NCBI GenBank assembly: GCA_977020255.1
Contig: CDROCS010003230.1
Span: 62,001-126,000, forward strand
Length of the DNA stretch: 64,000 nt
Reading direction: 5' to 3'
Source of the DNA: Obrimoposthia wandeli
Taxonomy: Eukaryota
Within the stretch, counting starts at the first letter, position 1; every line of letters begins with the position of its first letter. Made by a program: the position numbers and the translations under genes. Below the pieces are notes generated by a model. It worked only from the letters and a program-made list of their open reading frames with translations. It made no database searches and was not told the origin of the DNA. This document shows positions 22,800-35,700 of this stretch, in pieces.

Positions 22800-25700
22800 T
22801 TAAATTCTGAAGTGTCCATAAGCCAGGCTAGCGTTCTTTTCTACCCAAAAGCGCTTGTCGTCATTACTACTCAAAGCGATTTTGGTTGATTTATGGGAAT
22901 ACAGTTGATGGGCTCTTGAAATAAATCTAGTTTGCTCAACGCTTTCAATACACCAAGTATCATAAACTTTCCGGTAGGTCTCATGTGTAAGATTGTTTCT
23001 TCCCACACCCTTTGCTCTCATTGAACATGTATTATTAGATGTATGTAAACTGTAGCATTTAGGGCGTAGGAAAATACAATCATCATGCGAAACCTGTCCC
23101 TCGCTTTCATCCTTAAATTTCCCGATAATGTCATTTAAACTCATAGAGTGTAGAGGATTGTTAGCGGGATATTTATGGGTATCTAGTAAGTTGTCGCTGG
23201 TAATAATTGATTATTTAAACTAACATTCCTACATTCTAAAAAAAAAGAGTCAGTGTCCCCTGCCGCGATTTTGATCTCACAATTAAATTCTTGTCGGTAT
23301 TTCTCCAATTCTATGTATTGAAGCTCATACATTCTGAGTTTAGAAATGTCTAAAACCGTTTGACCTATATAACTCGGTTGATCGAGACAAATACTCTGTT
23401 TTCCTAATAACACTGCTACCAAGTCATCTGCAATTGTAAAACTACGCTTGAAGTTGTACTTGCTAGTATATGTTATTAGTTTACGCTCATCATTGCAAAA
23501 CCGTAGACAAATACGTTTCCGCAAGTCCTCTACAGTTTTTCCAAAGAGACTATTACTTTTTAACTTGTAAAAATCTCGATCGAATTTGCAAGTGGCCAAA
23601 TTACGTTTTCTTGAATTCTTCTCAATATAGTCTTTAAACACAAAGTTTTGACTGAAGCTTATAGCACGATGAATTCGAGTAACTTTCGCTCCCAACTTTA
23701 AGTAGAATTGAAGAAGCCACCAATGCACAACATAATTCAACTTGTCTTCATGGGTTAACAATAATTTCTTAACCTTTGAATTAGGTGGGCATTGATGAAC
23801 AGGCGCTACTGGAAGATCATCTAATTTATCATGCACATTGGGAGGGATTTTTATGTCCACCTCAACCAAATAGCCGAAGTCAGATGAAACTGTATCAACT
23901 GTAGCCAAATCTGTCATCAACTTATTCAACTGATCCACATCATAAACCCACTTAAAGTTGACATGAGGTAGAGGTTGAGTAAGCGCCCACCCATACAAAT
24001 TATTAATATCGATGTACAGAATCTCCGTGGATTGATTTTTGACAACATGATGTTTGTTGACAAAAGTCATTCCACCGCGTATACCATAATCATACATTTG
24101 ATACATCGCGGGATCTTGCAGTAACTCGATATTAATTTTAAGAGTTTTTATTGCTGTTGTCTATGAAAGACCAGGTAAACTAAAGAAATACATGGGATCT
24201 AGCCCATCTTCTGCTAAAGATTTTACACGAAAGAATTCAAAAACATCAGCTAAAAGATAAATGTCTAACTTCATATAATAAAGCATATATTCTAAAAGAT
24301 TTCGACAATTATTCGCCCAAAATGTACGGGCCTCATTATAGTCTTGAAGACTTACACTTTCAAATTCAGTTATGGGTGGGATTTCAGTTGTATTTTCTAA
24401 ATCTGCAAAGGTTTTCGCAAATTTATACGGAAAAATCCCCTTATCGTTAACCGAAGCTGGGAACACTGACTGTGTAATTGGCCATGCATTTAAAGATGCC
24501 GTTAAATTTTTTAAAGAACCACTCAAAAACTGCAGAGAATCTATGAATCTTAAACTGCAGAATTCAGTATATGCAGTTAAAGATAAATATATCTCTGAAG
24601 TTTGAGGTATACATGAAATCTCCCAAGAGCTTAATGTACCCAACGCGTATTTAAGTATATGATGCAAATAATATCCTTTGAGGTTATGAAACACGATGGG
24701 AATGCGTGGTTTTTTAGGGAGACGACGGCCAAAGTTACAAAGGTTGCACGCCGCTCCCAAGTATCGCCCCATAACATGATCGTGATCTCTGATTAACTTA
24801 GACTGGGTTCCACAGAAATAACATAATCTACAAGAATTAAAATTAACCCAGTCTATGCCTGTCATGATCATTGCTTGATGAGCATTGAGATCATACCACG
24901 GTTTGACAATTGTTGTTCCTAATTCCTCTAATTTTAACATAAAATCTAAAATACAATTTGGACCGGAAAATTTATGATACTGGGTAATATTGGGGCCTAA
25001 GAATAGTAGTCCTGCCGAAGCCGGTAGGTGAATACTCTCATACTGGTCGTGCAATGCTAAAATTGACTCAAAATCTGAATACACCCTAAATTCCATGGGT
25101 ATGCATTTTGCCCAATCCCTGAATTTTTAATCCTTAGGCATGCTATATAGCGTATTGTCATCAGGATTCAGTGAACATAATGTCAGATGTTTGCTGTAAG
25201 AGAGCTCGGATCGGAACCCATGCAAACATCTATGCCACCACTTATATCTTATACTAACCGGTAAGGCTCCATTATCTAAATTTAGAAGACGATCTAAATT
25301 GGGAATTGCAGCATAATGGAATTTTTTATTATGTTCGAGCAAAATTAAGTTGACCTGAGTCCCCTCATTTTTGCTCCTATAAATTACATCTACAAAAGGA
25401 TTTTTAAAATTTTCTTCATCTGTTACTTTAACTGGGATATCAGTATTATATTTGAATACATTAATACTCAAGTTATTAAGATGTTCAAATCTTGATATCG
25501 CAGTTAATTTAACAGGAAAATATATTCCATGATACTGCAATTCATTTAAAAAAGGGGTATATTTACTGACATGCTCTCTATGCTCAGTAATTACATCCCT
25601 TTTGAGGATAGCCAACACGCTATACAGAAAGCAAAGGTTATCACTGTTTTGTACGTTAACAATGGAACGTGAAAGTTGAAGAGATCTAGGTGAAGGAATG

Positions 25701-26040
25701 TATGAACTCCCCGAAAGATATATCATGTCAGTGAACTTTGTTAGAACAAAGCTAACATCGTGAATTCTAACTAGAGTCCATCCACTACTTAACTCGCTAT
25801 AATTAGCAATTTTTTCATCCAGGTTTCTTCCAATTTCAGTTACAAAATTATCATAAAAAACAGTTGCTTTATGTGAAATTACCCAAGTTTTAGTTTCCTC
25901 ATTGACATTTTTAAACTGCACTGTTGCGCAAAATTGAACCTTAGCCTGTCCTAATTTAGTCACTTCTGATTTTAAAAGATTTTCAATATTTGAATCTACA
26001 CCTACGTTTAATAAAATTTCATTTCCTAATGGCACCTTAA
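22800..26040 (-). pseudogene. polB: Protein-primed PolB of element B (several stops and frameshifts)
   Basis: VYSDFES, DHDHVMGRYLGAACNLC, FHNLKGY, YMKLDI, YIDINNLYGWA, KLKSNSLFGK, GDTDS, RPKCY, DDKR, AYGH. Confidence 0.95.
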
Positions 26041-26086
26041 CTATAACACATTTATTATTTAGGTGATACTCTATAGTAGTACCGTT

Positions 26087-26724
26087 TTATCTACGTTTTT
26101 TGGGTGGGACCTTATTAAGAAATCGGCCTCGCCTCTTTCTTCCGTTTGTCGCTGACAAACCTCCCCCTAATTGAACGGGAAGACAACTATTTATATTAAT
26201 AGTTGAGACAATTGCAGCTGATGTTGAAGGTGCTGCTATTGGTGATGCTGCCGATGTTGAGGCAATTGCAGCTGATGTGGAAGGTGCTGCCGATGTTGAG
26301 GCAATCGTAGCTGATGTTGAAGGGGCTACTGTAGCAGGTGCTGCCGATGTTGATGAGACAGTGGCAGTTGTAGAGGCTGCATTTGAAGCTGACCTTGCCG
26401 ATGAAGAAGCGGCTGTTGTAGAGGCTGCATTTGAAGCTGATCTTGCCGATGAAGAAGCGGCTGTTGTAGAGGTTAGTGCTGCTGAAATAAATATATTAAA
26501 AAATAAATATATTTTTTTAAATTACCTCTAAGGCGTGCTAACATCGATGTAGGCACTCGCGATGGTGGAGGCATATCTGTTGTAGCAGATGACGATTGTA
26601 TAACGGTATTTCCTGAATAAAAAATAAAAATAAAATATATAATTTAAAAATAATAATAAAAAATACCTAATGAAGGAAATCCAAGTTGAGCTGGAATGAA
26701 GTCCTCTTCATTGATGGAATCCAT
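26087..26724 (-). CDS. Spliced Ala/Ser/Thr-rich leader of pPolB: exons 26724-26667, 26612-26526 and 26481-26087 (179 aa, ending in an NLS-like PPKKRR)
   Basis: Two phase-1 GT..CAG introns (54 and 44 nt) keep an open frame. Contains tandem STTAASSSARSASNAA repeats and QLGGG. A possible third intron (26094-26041) joins it in frame to polB. Confidence 0.7.
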
Positions 26725-26760
26725 CCAGCTGACGTCCGGTCTAATCCACACACCCCTCCA

Positions 26761-26904
26761 CCCCTTGTCCTTTAAAACCGTGCATGTGTGTGGAGTGAAA
26801 TTTCACTCCACACACCTACACGAAATTTCACTCCACACACATGCACGGTTTTAAAGGACAAGGGGGGAGGGGGGTGTGGATTAGACTGGACACATCCACC
26901 TACT
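26761..26904 (-). repeat. Right TIR of element B
   Basis: Ends ...CACATCCACCTACT; folds into a hairpin spanning 26734-26891. Confidence 0.95.
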
Positions 26905-28899
26905 TATTTGTATAAATGGCCGTCATACCAAGTTAACATTTTCAAGTATTTTCTGGAATTATAATTTATAAAGATTATTTATAATTATTATAATCAATTT
27001 TATTCAATTAACAAATTATATCTCAGTAAAATATGCATGAATCTAACACAATAAGCATACCATGCGTTCAATAGAAATCCCCAAAAATATGTCGTCATTT
27101 GTGTCGATTTAGTCAACGATTTTGTTTAGCAGTTCATATTTGCAATAAAAATACCAAATTGAGCTCATAATCATTCCATTGTTCTGCGTCAACAACAAAT
27201 CACCCATTTTGATGTTTCAGTGTTTTCAGAAAGAATCCAAAGTGATATAAGCACTCTTTACTGAATATCATGTGAGATGACTTAGTAAGACTTAAAGGTG
27301 AAAAGATGGTTAGTTCAAACAGTGTCTGTAAACTAAAGGCACAAAAAATAAGGCAAAAATTGATAAGAAAAAAGAGTTCAGTCAACAAAGTATTTCAGAA
27401 TTCATCCGTTTTCCTCAAATATCAAAGGAATGTAATGTCAGAGAACTAATTTTCATCAATCGCTTCACTTTTTCAATTTTGTATTTTCCGACAGAAATAA
27501 TCAAAAAAGAGCAGAGTTTGCAGTACGGGCAATTTAAAAATGTTTCTTTGATGGTGCTCTGTGGTCAGATGTAACTCATTTTGGACTAGATGATGCCCTA
27601 AAATCGCTTTGAGGATCCTACGAGTCTCAGGAAACTGTTGAGGTAGAGCTTGAATTTTTTCGTTATTCCACGATTTCTAGAACTCTAAGTATGACCTTCA
27701 AGTATTATATGAACGTGTAGTTCCATTTTGAGGTGGAAACAGACTCTAAGAAGACAGTAGTCATACAAGACGATGAGCCTCCACATATTAAAACGTCGAA
27801 GATTCCTTACAGTGCCCATTCAAAGAAAATGGTATTCAAATTCACAATTTAGAACATTAATAATAAATTGTAAACTATATTTGAATGATAAGCTGATTGG
27901 TAAATAGGGAATAAATCATTTTTGTATTGAAATTAATTTTTAAGAAATTTCAATAGAAATGAGAGGTTTGAAATTAGTCTAAAATTTGTTAGATTTGTTT
28001 AACTCCAATTTCGACTTTGAGTAATGGTTTTATTGCACATTTTTCAATTTCTGTGAAATGACCCGCCATTATTGACATGTTTACTATCTTAACAACAACC
28101 AGTAATATTGTTTCAAGAATTTCTTCCGAATTAAGTAGAACATATGGTATAGGATCATTTTATGGGTCGTAAATTTCGTCTGACATATAGAAGTTTTAAC
28201 GACAGTGATCCATTTTAAATGAAGTTAACAGTCTGAATATTATTATTTGGTACATATTGGTACATTGTTGGTATCTGAAATGTTTGACTATAGGCTATAT
28301 TTTGTTTTGAAATATGCGCCAAATATATTTGTAACGTTATAAACCATAGTTCGGGGTTTTGTGAGAGAATACAGTTTTTGATGATATGTACGATTTTGTC
28401 GCTAGTCAATAAAGCTTCATTGAATGTTCACTTGTACTAGCAATTTTATTTTATTTAAATATAATTCTGACGGATTTTTTTTTTTAATTTAAAACTATTT
28501 ATTTGATAAGCTGTAATATTAAAAGTAAAGAATTGTTGTTATCTCAGTAGTGAGGTGCTTTCTTATTAGATAATTAGTCTTGATAAAACTGTTACATGTT
28601 CTTTTCACTTTATGGTTTTGACAATTCATTGTACTGTTTTCATCGAGGACACAACCAATATTATTTATTTTACTTCGAAAATTAAGATTTTTTCATCAAA
28701 ATGTATGAAACATATTTTTATTCTTAGATTCAAATAATATTGAATTGGTTTTAATTTTATTTATCTTCAATTATCTTAATTTAATCCATATAGCTATTTT
28801 GTTAATACAATTTTACATATAGAAATCTTCATTCATAATCAAAAGAATCAAACTTAACATAAAGTAGTATGTCATGAGTATAAAGCTGGAAATGGATAT

Positions 28900-29210
28900 C
28901 GTATCTCTCAATAGGCTCTACGATTGATTAAGTATAAATCGAAAATAGGACAGGACTAAGAATCAAACCCTGAGGAACACCGCCTTTTAAGTATTCAGGA
29001 TCTAAGTCAGTGTCATCAACTATAGCAGATTGTTTGCCCAAAGTTAATTAAGTTTTAAACCAATGAATCTCCTTTCCTTTGATTTCAATATTTTCCCGAT
29101 CTTTAATAATATTTCATGAATAACAGTGTCAAATGCTTCCAATAGATCTAGATGTACAATTAATACACATGTTTCATTGCTTAAAGATTGAATATTTCTA
29201 ATTGTAAAAT
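28900..29210 (-). mobile_element. Non-LTR retrotransposon (CR1/L2-like) reverse transcriptase remnant
   Basis: LDLLEAFDTVIHEILLK and GVPQGLILSPVLFSIY on the minus strand. Confidence 0.75.
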
Positions 29211-30479
29211 TGTACAAAAAATAAATTTACAAAAAATTAATTTTATATTTTCCTGATTATAAATGAAACTGAATGCATATTGCAGTTGTATATTTTATTC
29301 TTCATTTGTATGTTTGACAATATTGCTTTAAAAGCTTTAGATTGTCTCTTAGGACATGTAGCTTTAAGTAAAATATTATGATATTGCTGTCTCCTTGTGG
29401 ATTATCTAATAGAAAATATTTAATATCATTAAAGAGAATAAGTTATTTTATTTCCATTGGGTCTTGATTCCACATCTTCCACATCTAATTTGTGTTGATT
29501 GAAAATGAGCATTAAGGAGAAGTCCTCATCTTCTTTATTATCTTTTTCATCACGATATCTGCATCTATGGCATTGTTTTCTTCTAGACATGCGTGTGGAA
29601 CAGTGGTAAAAGCATATAAGTTAGATGTATATTGCAAGTAAGATTAATACCATATATGAATTCTGTTTCATAGGACACATTACTGTTTCAATTACGTTAA
29701 CAATAAAATGTATTTAGTTTTTTAAATGGCTCTTTGACCCATTGGTTTTAATGTGATTTTTGTAAAAAATAAACTTTCTAGTAATAATACAGTATACTTT
29801 TTGATTAGGTTATTGAAGATCCCATAGTAGTTAGAAGGCTAAGAAACAATTAAATATTTATCAAATCTTAATGACTTGAATATTATATGTACACCAACAG
29901 ACTTAAGAACATTATTTAAAATAAAACTTAATATATAAATTTAATTGTCATATATTGCCATTTAATTTCGGTTACATAGGAGAGACGAATTGTAATATAA
30001 TAAATAAATATAGTGAACATTCACATTTGAGTAGAAATAGTTCAATTGGCGATCACCTAAAATCATATAAAATCAAATACTAAAGTGTTACAAAATTTAC
30101 AGAATTTACCATATTAAAAACAAATTTTAAAATTATTGTAAAATAAAAACTGCTGAAGTGAATTAAACTTCACTACAAAGTCTTAATTTGAACTATAAAA
30201 TAAGTTCATAAATGTATACAGGTTGACAGTAAACTAGTTGTGAAGTTGAAATCGAAATAGCTAAAAACGTAAAAGAGCTAATCGCGTTAATTTTTGGAAA
30301 TATATAGCATAGACATACGAATGTAGTTTTATCATATTAATTTAGTTAAACGTATTTTTATGCAACATTTACAATTTATACGAACAAGAAAATTAAATTT
30401 TAATCTACTACTTTACGATCCCACTGTATACTTAAATAGTTTTAATTATTTTATGGATCTTTGGTGATCATCTTGATGT

Positions 30480-30760
30480 ACACCATTTTTTTGTATTGTC
30501 CCCAAACGAAAAATCCATATAAAACAAGTCTGGTGATCGAGAGGGACATTTATTTATGCATCTTCTAACAATGGTTCTTCATCTGAAAACATTTTTAAAG
30601 ACACTATGTAACATCTTTTGCAAGAATGAGGATGAGCTTCATTGAAATACGGGTTGATTTATTAATCACAATGATTCGTTTTAAGGTATAACTCCTAAGA
30701 ACATCGAGCAGCATTGCCAGCATTGTGACAACATAACTTTATCATTTAATCACGGGTCGT
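30480..30760 (-). mobile_element. Tc1/mariner transposase remnant
   Basis: CPSRSPDLFYMDFSFG resembles WPPRSPDLxPxDFFLWG; contains stops. Confidence 0.5.
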
Positions 30761-31705
30761 TGTTCTTCATCTGCTTTTAAAGTCTGTATTTTAGACGAAA
30801 AATACGTATAATGCAAATGAATACCTAATAAGTAAATATCTAATTACTGAGATAACTTCAATGCAAATGCATGCAATTATTACAAGATTTCATTTTCAAA
30901 AATTCATTTATCAAAGCCATAAAGATTGATGTTCAAAATAAATAAATGTTCTAGTACAAGTGAAAATTTATTAAAGCTCTGTTGGATACCGATCAATGTT
31001 AGAATTGAATTTAAGATCATAATGTATTCTCTCACTAAAACCCAAATATTTATATGATCTTCTCGAATCTGGCGTAGGGAGCATGTACATGTATCTTAGG
31101 AGCAAATATGATGACTGCAGATTGGTTAAGAATTTGAAATGTATGTGCCTTTTCTTTACAAAAATATACTGATGGATATAAGAAAATGGTGATGTCATAC
31201 AAAATACGAGTCACATTTTTGAATGCAGAGTAGAACAAATATATAATCACCCTCTGAGGTCTCATAAAACAAAGCTCTTTTTGTGCACCAGTGTTATTAT
31301 TGTTAGTAAAATATGATGTTTGTTAAATCCGAAGTTCTTTCACTGACAAAAAATACAAACAGATACCGACGAAAAGTATGAATAAATCAAAGGATTCCAG
31401 AACAATGAGTTTGATGATAAACAAAGGAAACGTTTGTCGGGTAGATTAAAAAAGTCTAATGAAAGCACATTTATATTTCTTATAAAATATACGAGATAAT
31501 AAATCAGCAAATCTCTTTAGTTGAGTGTAGTAGTTTACTTTTGCAGCAACAGTAATAGATCTATACCAACACTAAATGACTAAAAATCTAACATGATACA
31601 GTACTTCCAAACGTGGCTCAGAAAAAGAAAACAAACAGAAGAAATAAAATTGAAAAATTCGTCAATATACAGTTGCAGTACAAATTCCAATATAAATCAA
31701 ATAAC

Positions 31706-31927
31706 CCGGGCCCATAATATCGATGACTGTGCACAAATGTCAGCATATGTACACGGAAATTTGAAGGGAATTTAAAGGTTGGCAGAAAAAAGGATTGGAG
31801 AAGGTAGGACAATGGATATGGTCACACCTATATCCACTCAAATAATTCGTAACCTTCACCCCCAAAAAAGAGCATAATTCCACAGCCTACCTTTTTCACT
31901 CTGTATCAGTAAATAATAAATATATTT
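31706..31927 (-). repeat. ~220-bp interspersed repeat, copy 2 (inverted relative to 12601-12819)
   Basis: Direct sequence comparison. Confidence 0.9.
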
Positions 31928-33311
31928 CACAATCATTGAATCTCGGAATTACAAGGCTTTGTCAGAAAATTACAAATAGTCAGTTAAAACCTTGAAATAT
32001 CAATGATCAATAAAGTGTAATTGAAACTTTAAATAATATTTTAAACACCCTTAAAATCGCAAAGGACAAAATTTACCATTACAATTTGGCATGAAGTAAT
32101 AAGAAGCTTTCTTTTGCATATTTTGTCGTATTTTATGTTTTAAATTGTCTTTTTATGCTACACGTTTTTGGCAAAACACCAAACCTTAATTTTAGTGAAG
32201 TTGGAACGAAAAATATCCAAACGAAAGTAGTATCTCAGATTCTTTAAATATATTGAGCAACAGTCGAGATCGAAGATACTATCAATAAAATCAGCTACAT
32301 TCACCATGAAAAGGAAATTTGACCATCGTAGCATTTGAAATAGAAAATAGCAATAAGAAATATATCTTTGTGTTCTGTCACAGCCGCCTGATAAACAGTT
32401 AATGAAGTTGTGTACACTTGTTCCCAATCAATCTGGCGTCATATTTTCACATTGACTATCAATATCGATTAACGAATGTATCAGATATTTAATCAAATTC
32501 TAATTGTGCACTCTGTCGCCAATCGATATTTCAAGTTAGCATGAAATTATATACCCAGTTTGAACAAGAATGACCGTGGAATAACTCGGTGTGAAATTGC
32601 ATAAATCTGAATTCTAAAAATTAATTTTGTCCTGTGCGATTTGAACCGTTTTTTGGCTTAACGTATGAAAAGTTTTCTCAAACAATTCTTAACGACATAC
32701 TTCAAGGTTAATTTGATTTTCGTAATATAACTTGATTGGTTGAATCTAAAAACTTATAGTTACCTGATATGAGACAATTGTCTGATGAGGATAAAGATGA
32801 AATTGTTTTGCGGTGTCAGGAAATAAAAAATACCGGTCTCAACGTGTTAACAGTCAATGATAGAATTGCAAAATTATTCTTTAAGTGACATGAATCAAAT
32901 TCAACGCAAAAAGGTTTTCTAGTAACACAGAATTGCTGAAATGAAGGGTGTTTACTGCGATACAAAGCAAAAATAGTGTAAGTCAATTTTTGTCTAATTT
33001 TTGTTGTTGTTTATTATGAACAAAGCGATAAAGTGAAAAAATTTAAACAACATTAAAGTGTTTATAGATTAACATTGTTTACTAAATTGTTTTATTTACA
33101 TAAATACGACAATCAAAATTTTCGAAAGTGTAAAACCAATCAATTTAAATAGTCTAGAAATAGGCAGATGATACTTTAAAAAATTATTCTACTTAATTAA
33201 AAAATCAATAAATTTCAAAGCTTGATTGCTACAGAATTGTGATATACACCACTCTTGCTTTATAATGCAGCTTGTGTACAGAGGAGCATTCTGCAGGGAG
33301 AAGGAACAAGG

Positions 33312-33653
33312 TCAGGGCACCAGGCGCTTACGACTGCGGCCGGTCCAGAGGAAGCACTTAGAGTCCCAGGAAGCACTGGCAATGGCGACGCCAGAAGGGT
33401 CAGTCTTTACGACGCTTACGCGGTTGTCATGCCCAGATAGAGTGCCGACATTCTCCTCTCGCAGCAGGTCCCAGAGGTGACAGGTGTAGTCGTCGTAGCC
33501 GGCACAAATGAGCCGACCAGACCTAGACACCGTCACACAAGTGCAGCCTGACTTGACGAAGTCGTCCCGGTAGATGGCGATGCACTGGTCCGATCGCAGG
33601 TCCCATAGACGACAGTCGCGATCGTCAGAGCCACTCACGAAGCCGAACGAGGC
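33312..33653 (-). CDS. GNB1: G-protein beta subunit, exon 3
   Basis: ASFGFVSGSDDRDCRLWDLRSDQ...AGYDD...GHDNRVS...SASWD. CTGCAG acceptor. GNB1-4 class rather than GNB5; exact orthology is uncertain. Confidence 0.93.
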   Translation of the reverse strand, partial: ASFGFVSGSDDRDCRLWDLRSDQCIAIYRDDFVKSGCTCVTVSRSGRLICAGYDDYTCHLWDLLREENVGTLSGHDNRVSVVKTDPSGVAIASASWDSKCFLWTGRSRKRLVP

Positions 33654-34999
33654 CTGCAGCAACAATGTAATAAAATGAAACGGCACGTAGAAGACTGTGG
33701 AAATACTAATGGACCTTGTTTTTAAAACAATACAGCGAGTTACAGCATCTTTGAGGATAATAATGTATTTTGTTCATATGTGAAAAAGCAAATTGTCTAT
33801 GCTAATGACCACCAAAAAAGCTTACATAACTTTACCCGAGGTATTAGTGGACATGGAAGGTTCTTTCTCTAAATAAATGTATATTCGCAATGAAATGATA
33901 TTGCTTAGCTAATAGAAATGAAGATTACTGCAAACTAACTTATAAATTGAAAAATAGAACTCAAAATATTAATCAATAATGTCGAACTCAACAATAACTT
34001 GTAGTATTCTATTCAGAGAACTAAATGTAAACATATTAAGAAACTAGATTGAAAAATAAAGTAGTTTTACTGTGGTTTCACAATCTGTATTGTTTTTCAT
34101 AGATAAATAGCTTCATTGTTTTTCAAAACCATATATAGGGGAGGATTTACAGGGAGGGCATAAAGAGTGTACACAAAGAGTGAACTCCTTTATTTTTTAA
34201 GCACACATATACAATCCGACTAAAATGTAATGAAGGTACTCCATCTATCTGCGCTGTATTATGTCTGTTCAGTCGAATGAAGAGCACAATGGGGGTAAAC
34301 AAAATTAGGGTTTAATCATCAACGTGCACGCTAATAAACATCCAAGGAAACAGGGTTTTGTTTCAAGCACTCTCATTGTTTACAAATAACTCCAAAAAAC
34401 ACTTCTATTACAAACTCTATGGCTTTTTTTTCTACTATACTATAACGTACTACTCATCATTGAAAATATCGAAAAAATATGCATAAAAGCCACTTAAAAT
34501 ACGGCCCTTGATTTAAATCGCTGTAACCGATATTAACTTTACAAAATAATTGTAGTGTTGTTTTAGTTGTAACTTGAATGTTTAAGTTTTGTGTAGAAAG
34601 ATATATACCTATACAAAATTTAAAAATAACTTATCTGTATAAAAAAGTTTGAATCTATATGATCGGTACAAACTATTTTGTCCGTAAAAAATAACACCGT
34701 GTGTGTCTAATGTATATATTTTTTACTGTTTGACACGGAAATGTAGTAGTAAAGCTGAAGCTAGTCTGATAATAGTATTAAGAGCAATTCGATAAAGTCC
34801 GAATAGTATGTACCCTAAGCTCTTGTTTGAAAACCGCAAATTATATAAAGATAAAAGTTGAAATATGAAAAACCAATCACTCAGCTTTTACACAAAATAG
34901 AATACATTTTTATAACTATACATTTTTATTAATCAAAGCCTTCAAAATCTTCATGAAAGATTCTTGAATTTAAGATTCGATTGGTTCGTCGAATTTTTC

Positions 35000-35700
35000 A
35001 GATTCCTCTTCACGACCAGTAGCATAAGATGTCACAGTTTTTCGCGCTTCGGGTGGATATTCACTTCATTTTTAAGGCATTTCACAGTTACTTCACTCCA
35101 ACATACTTTGATCCATTGAGAGTCTTCTGCATATGAATCATTTTTGATTAATCCAGACTTATTGAAAAAACCATCTAATCCTTCTTTTGTTCAAGCATGT
35201 TGTTTTAAAAGATTTATTGACTCTTACATTCAAAAAGTGTAATTGTGATGTCAGTCCTCCAAGAATGACAGCCAACTGTGAATACTTTTAATTCGACGTC
35301 TTCTGTGATGTGAGGTCGAGTGGAATCGTAAATTAAAAGTTATTTCAGAAAAATGATTAATTCTTTAATTTATGTTACATATTTTCTATCCATTAGCTGA
35401 CCAAATCTTCGTCGAGCCATCCTTTTTCGTTTGCAGTAACAACTACTCCCTTAGGAAAGCCACCTTTAGAAATCACTTTTCGTTTGTGTGTTTCCCCATC
35501 GGCTGTAGTACACAATACAACAGAAAACTCCCGACTGTAAATCCACTAGACATATCAAAACTAATGGAGACCTCATCCACATTCCCAATGTGCTGGAAAC
35601 TCTTTTCGCTTCTTGGGATTCATTGTTTCTATAATGGACTTTTGTTTTTTCCATCACTGGGTGTTTGGCGTGTGTTTCGAACTGTTTAGCAACGGCCGTA
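35000..35700 (-). mobile_element. pogo/Tigger-like DDE_1 transposase remnant in GNB intron 2
   Basis: FSVVLCTTADG, FPKGVVVTANEKGWLDEDLV and LAVILGGLTSQLH, with stops and frameshifts. Confidence 0.75.

Larger units (their letters stand above)
15201..26904. mobile_element. Near-complete Polinton/Maverick element B (11.7 kb)
   Basis: TIRs start AGTAGGTGGATGTGTCC (15201-15369 and 26761-26904). 6-bp TSD CATTTG/TATTTG with one mismatch. Encodes ATPase, integrase, minor and major capsid proteins, protease and pPolB. Confidence 0.97.

Noticed and set aside
26277-26531. Plus-strand Ala/Glu/Val-rich ORF
   Set aside because: It is the antisense shadow of the spliced minus-strand pPolB leader.
27500-27870. 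Coding-like plus-strand stretch with two stops
   Set aside because: No recognisable family.
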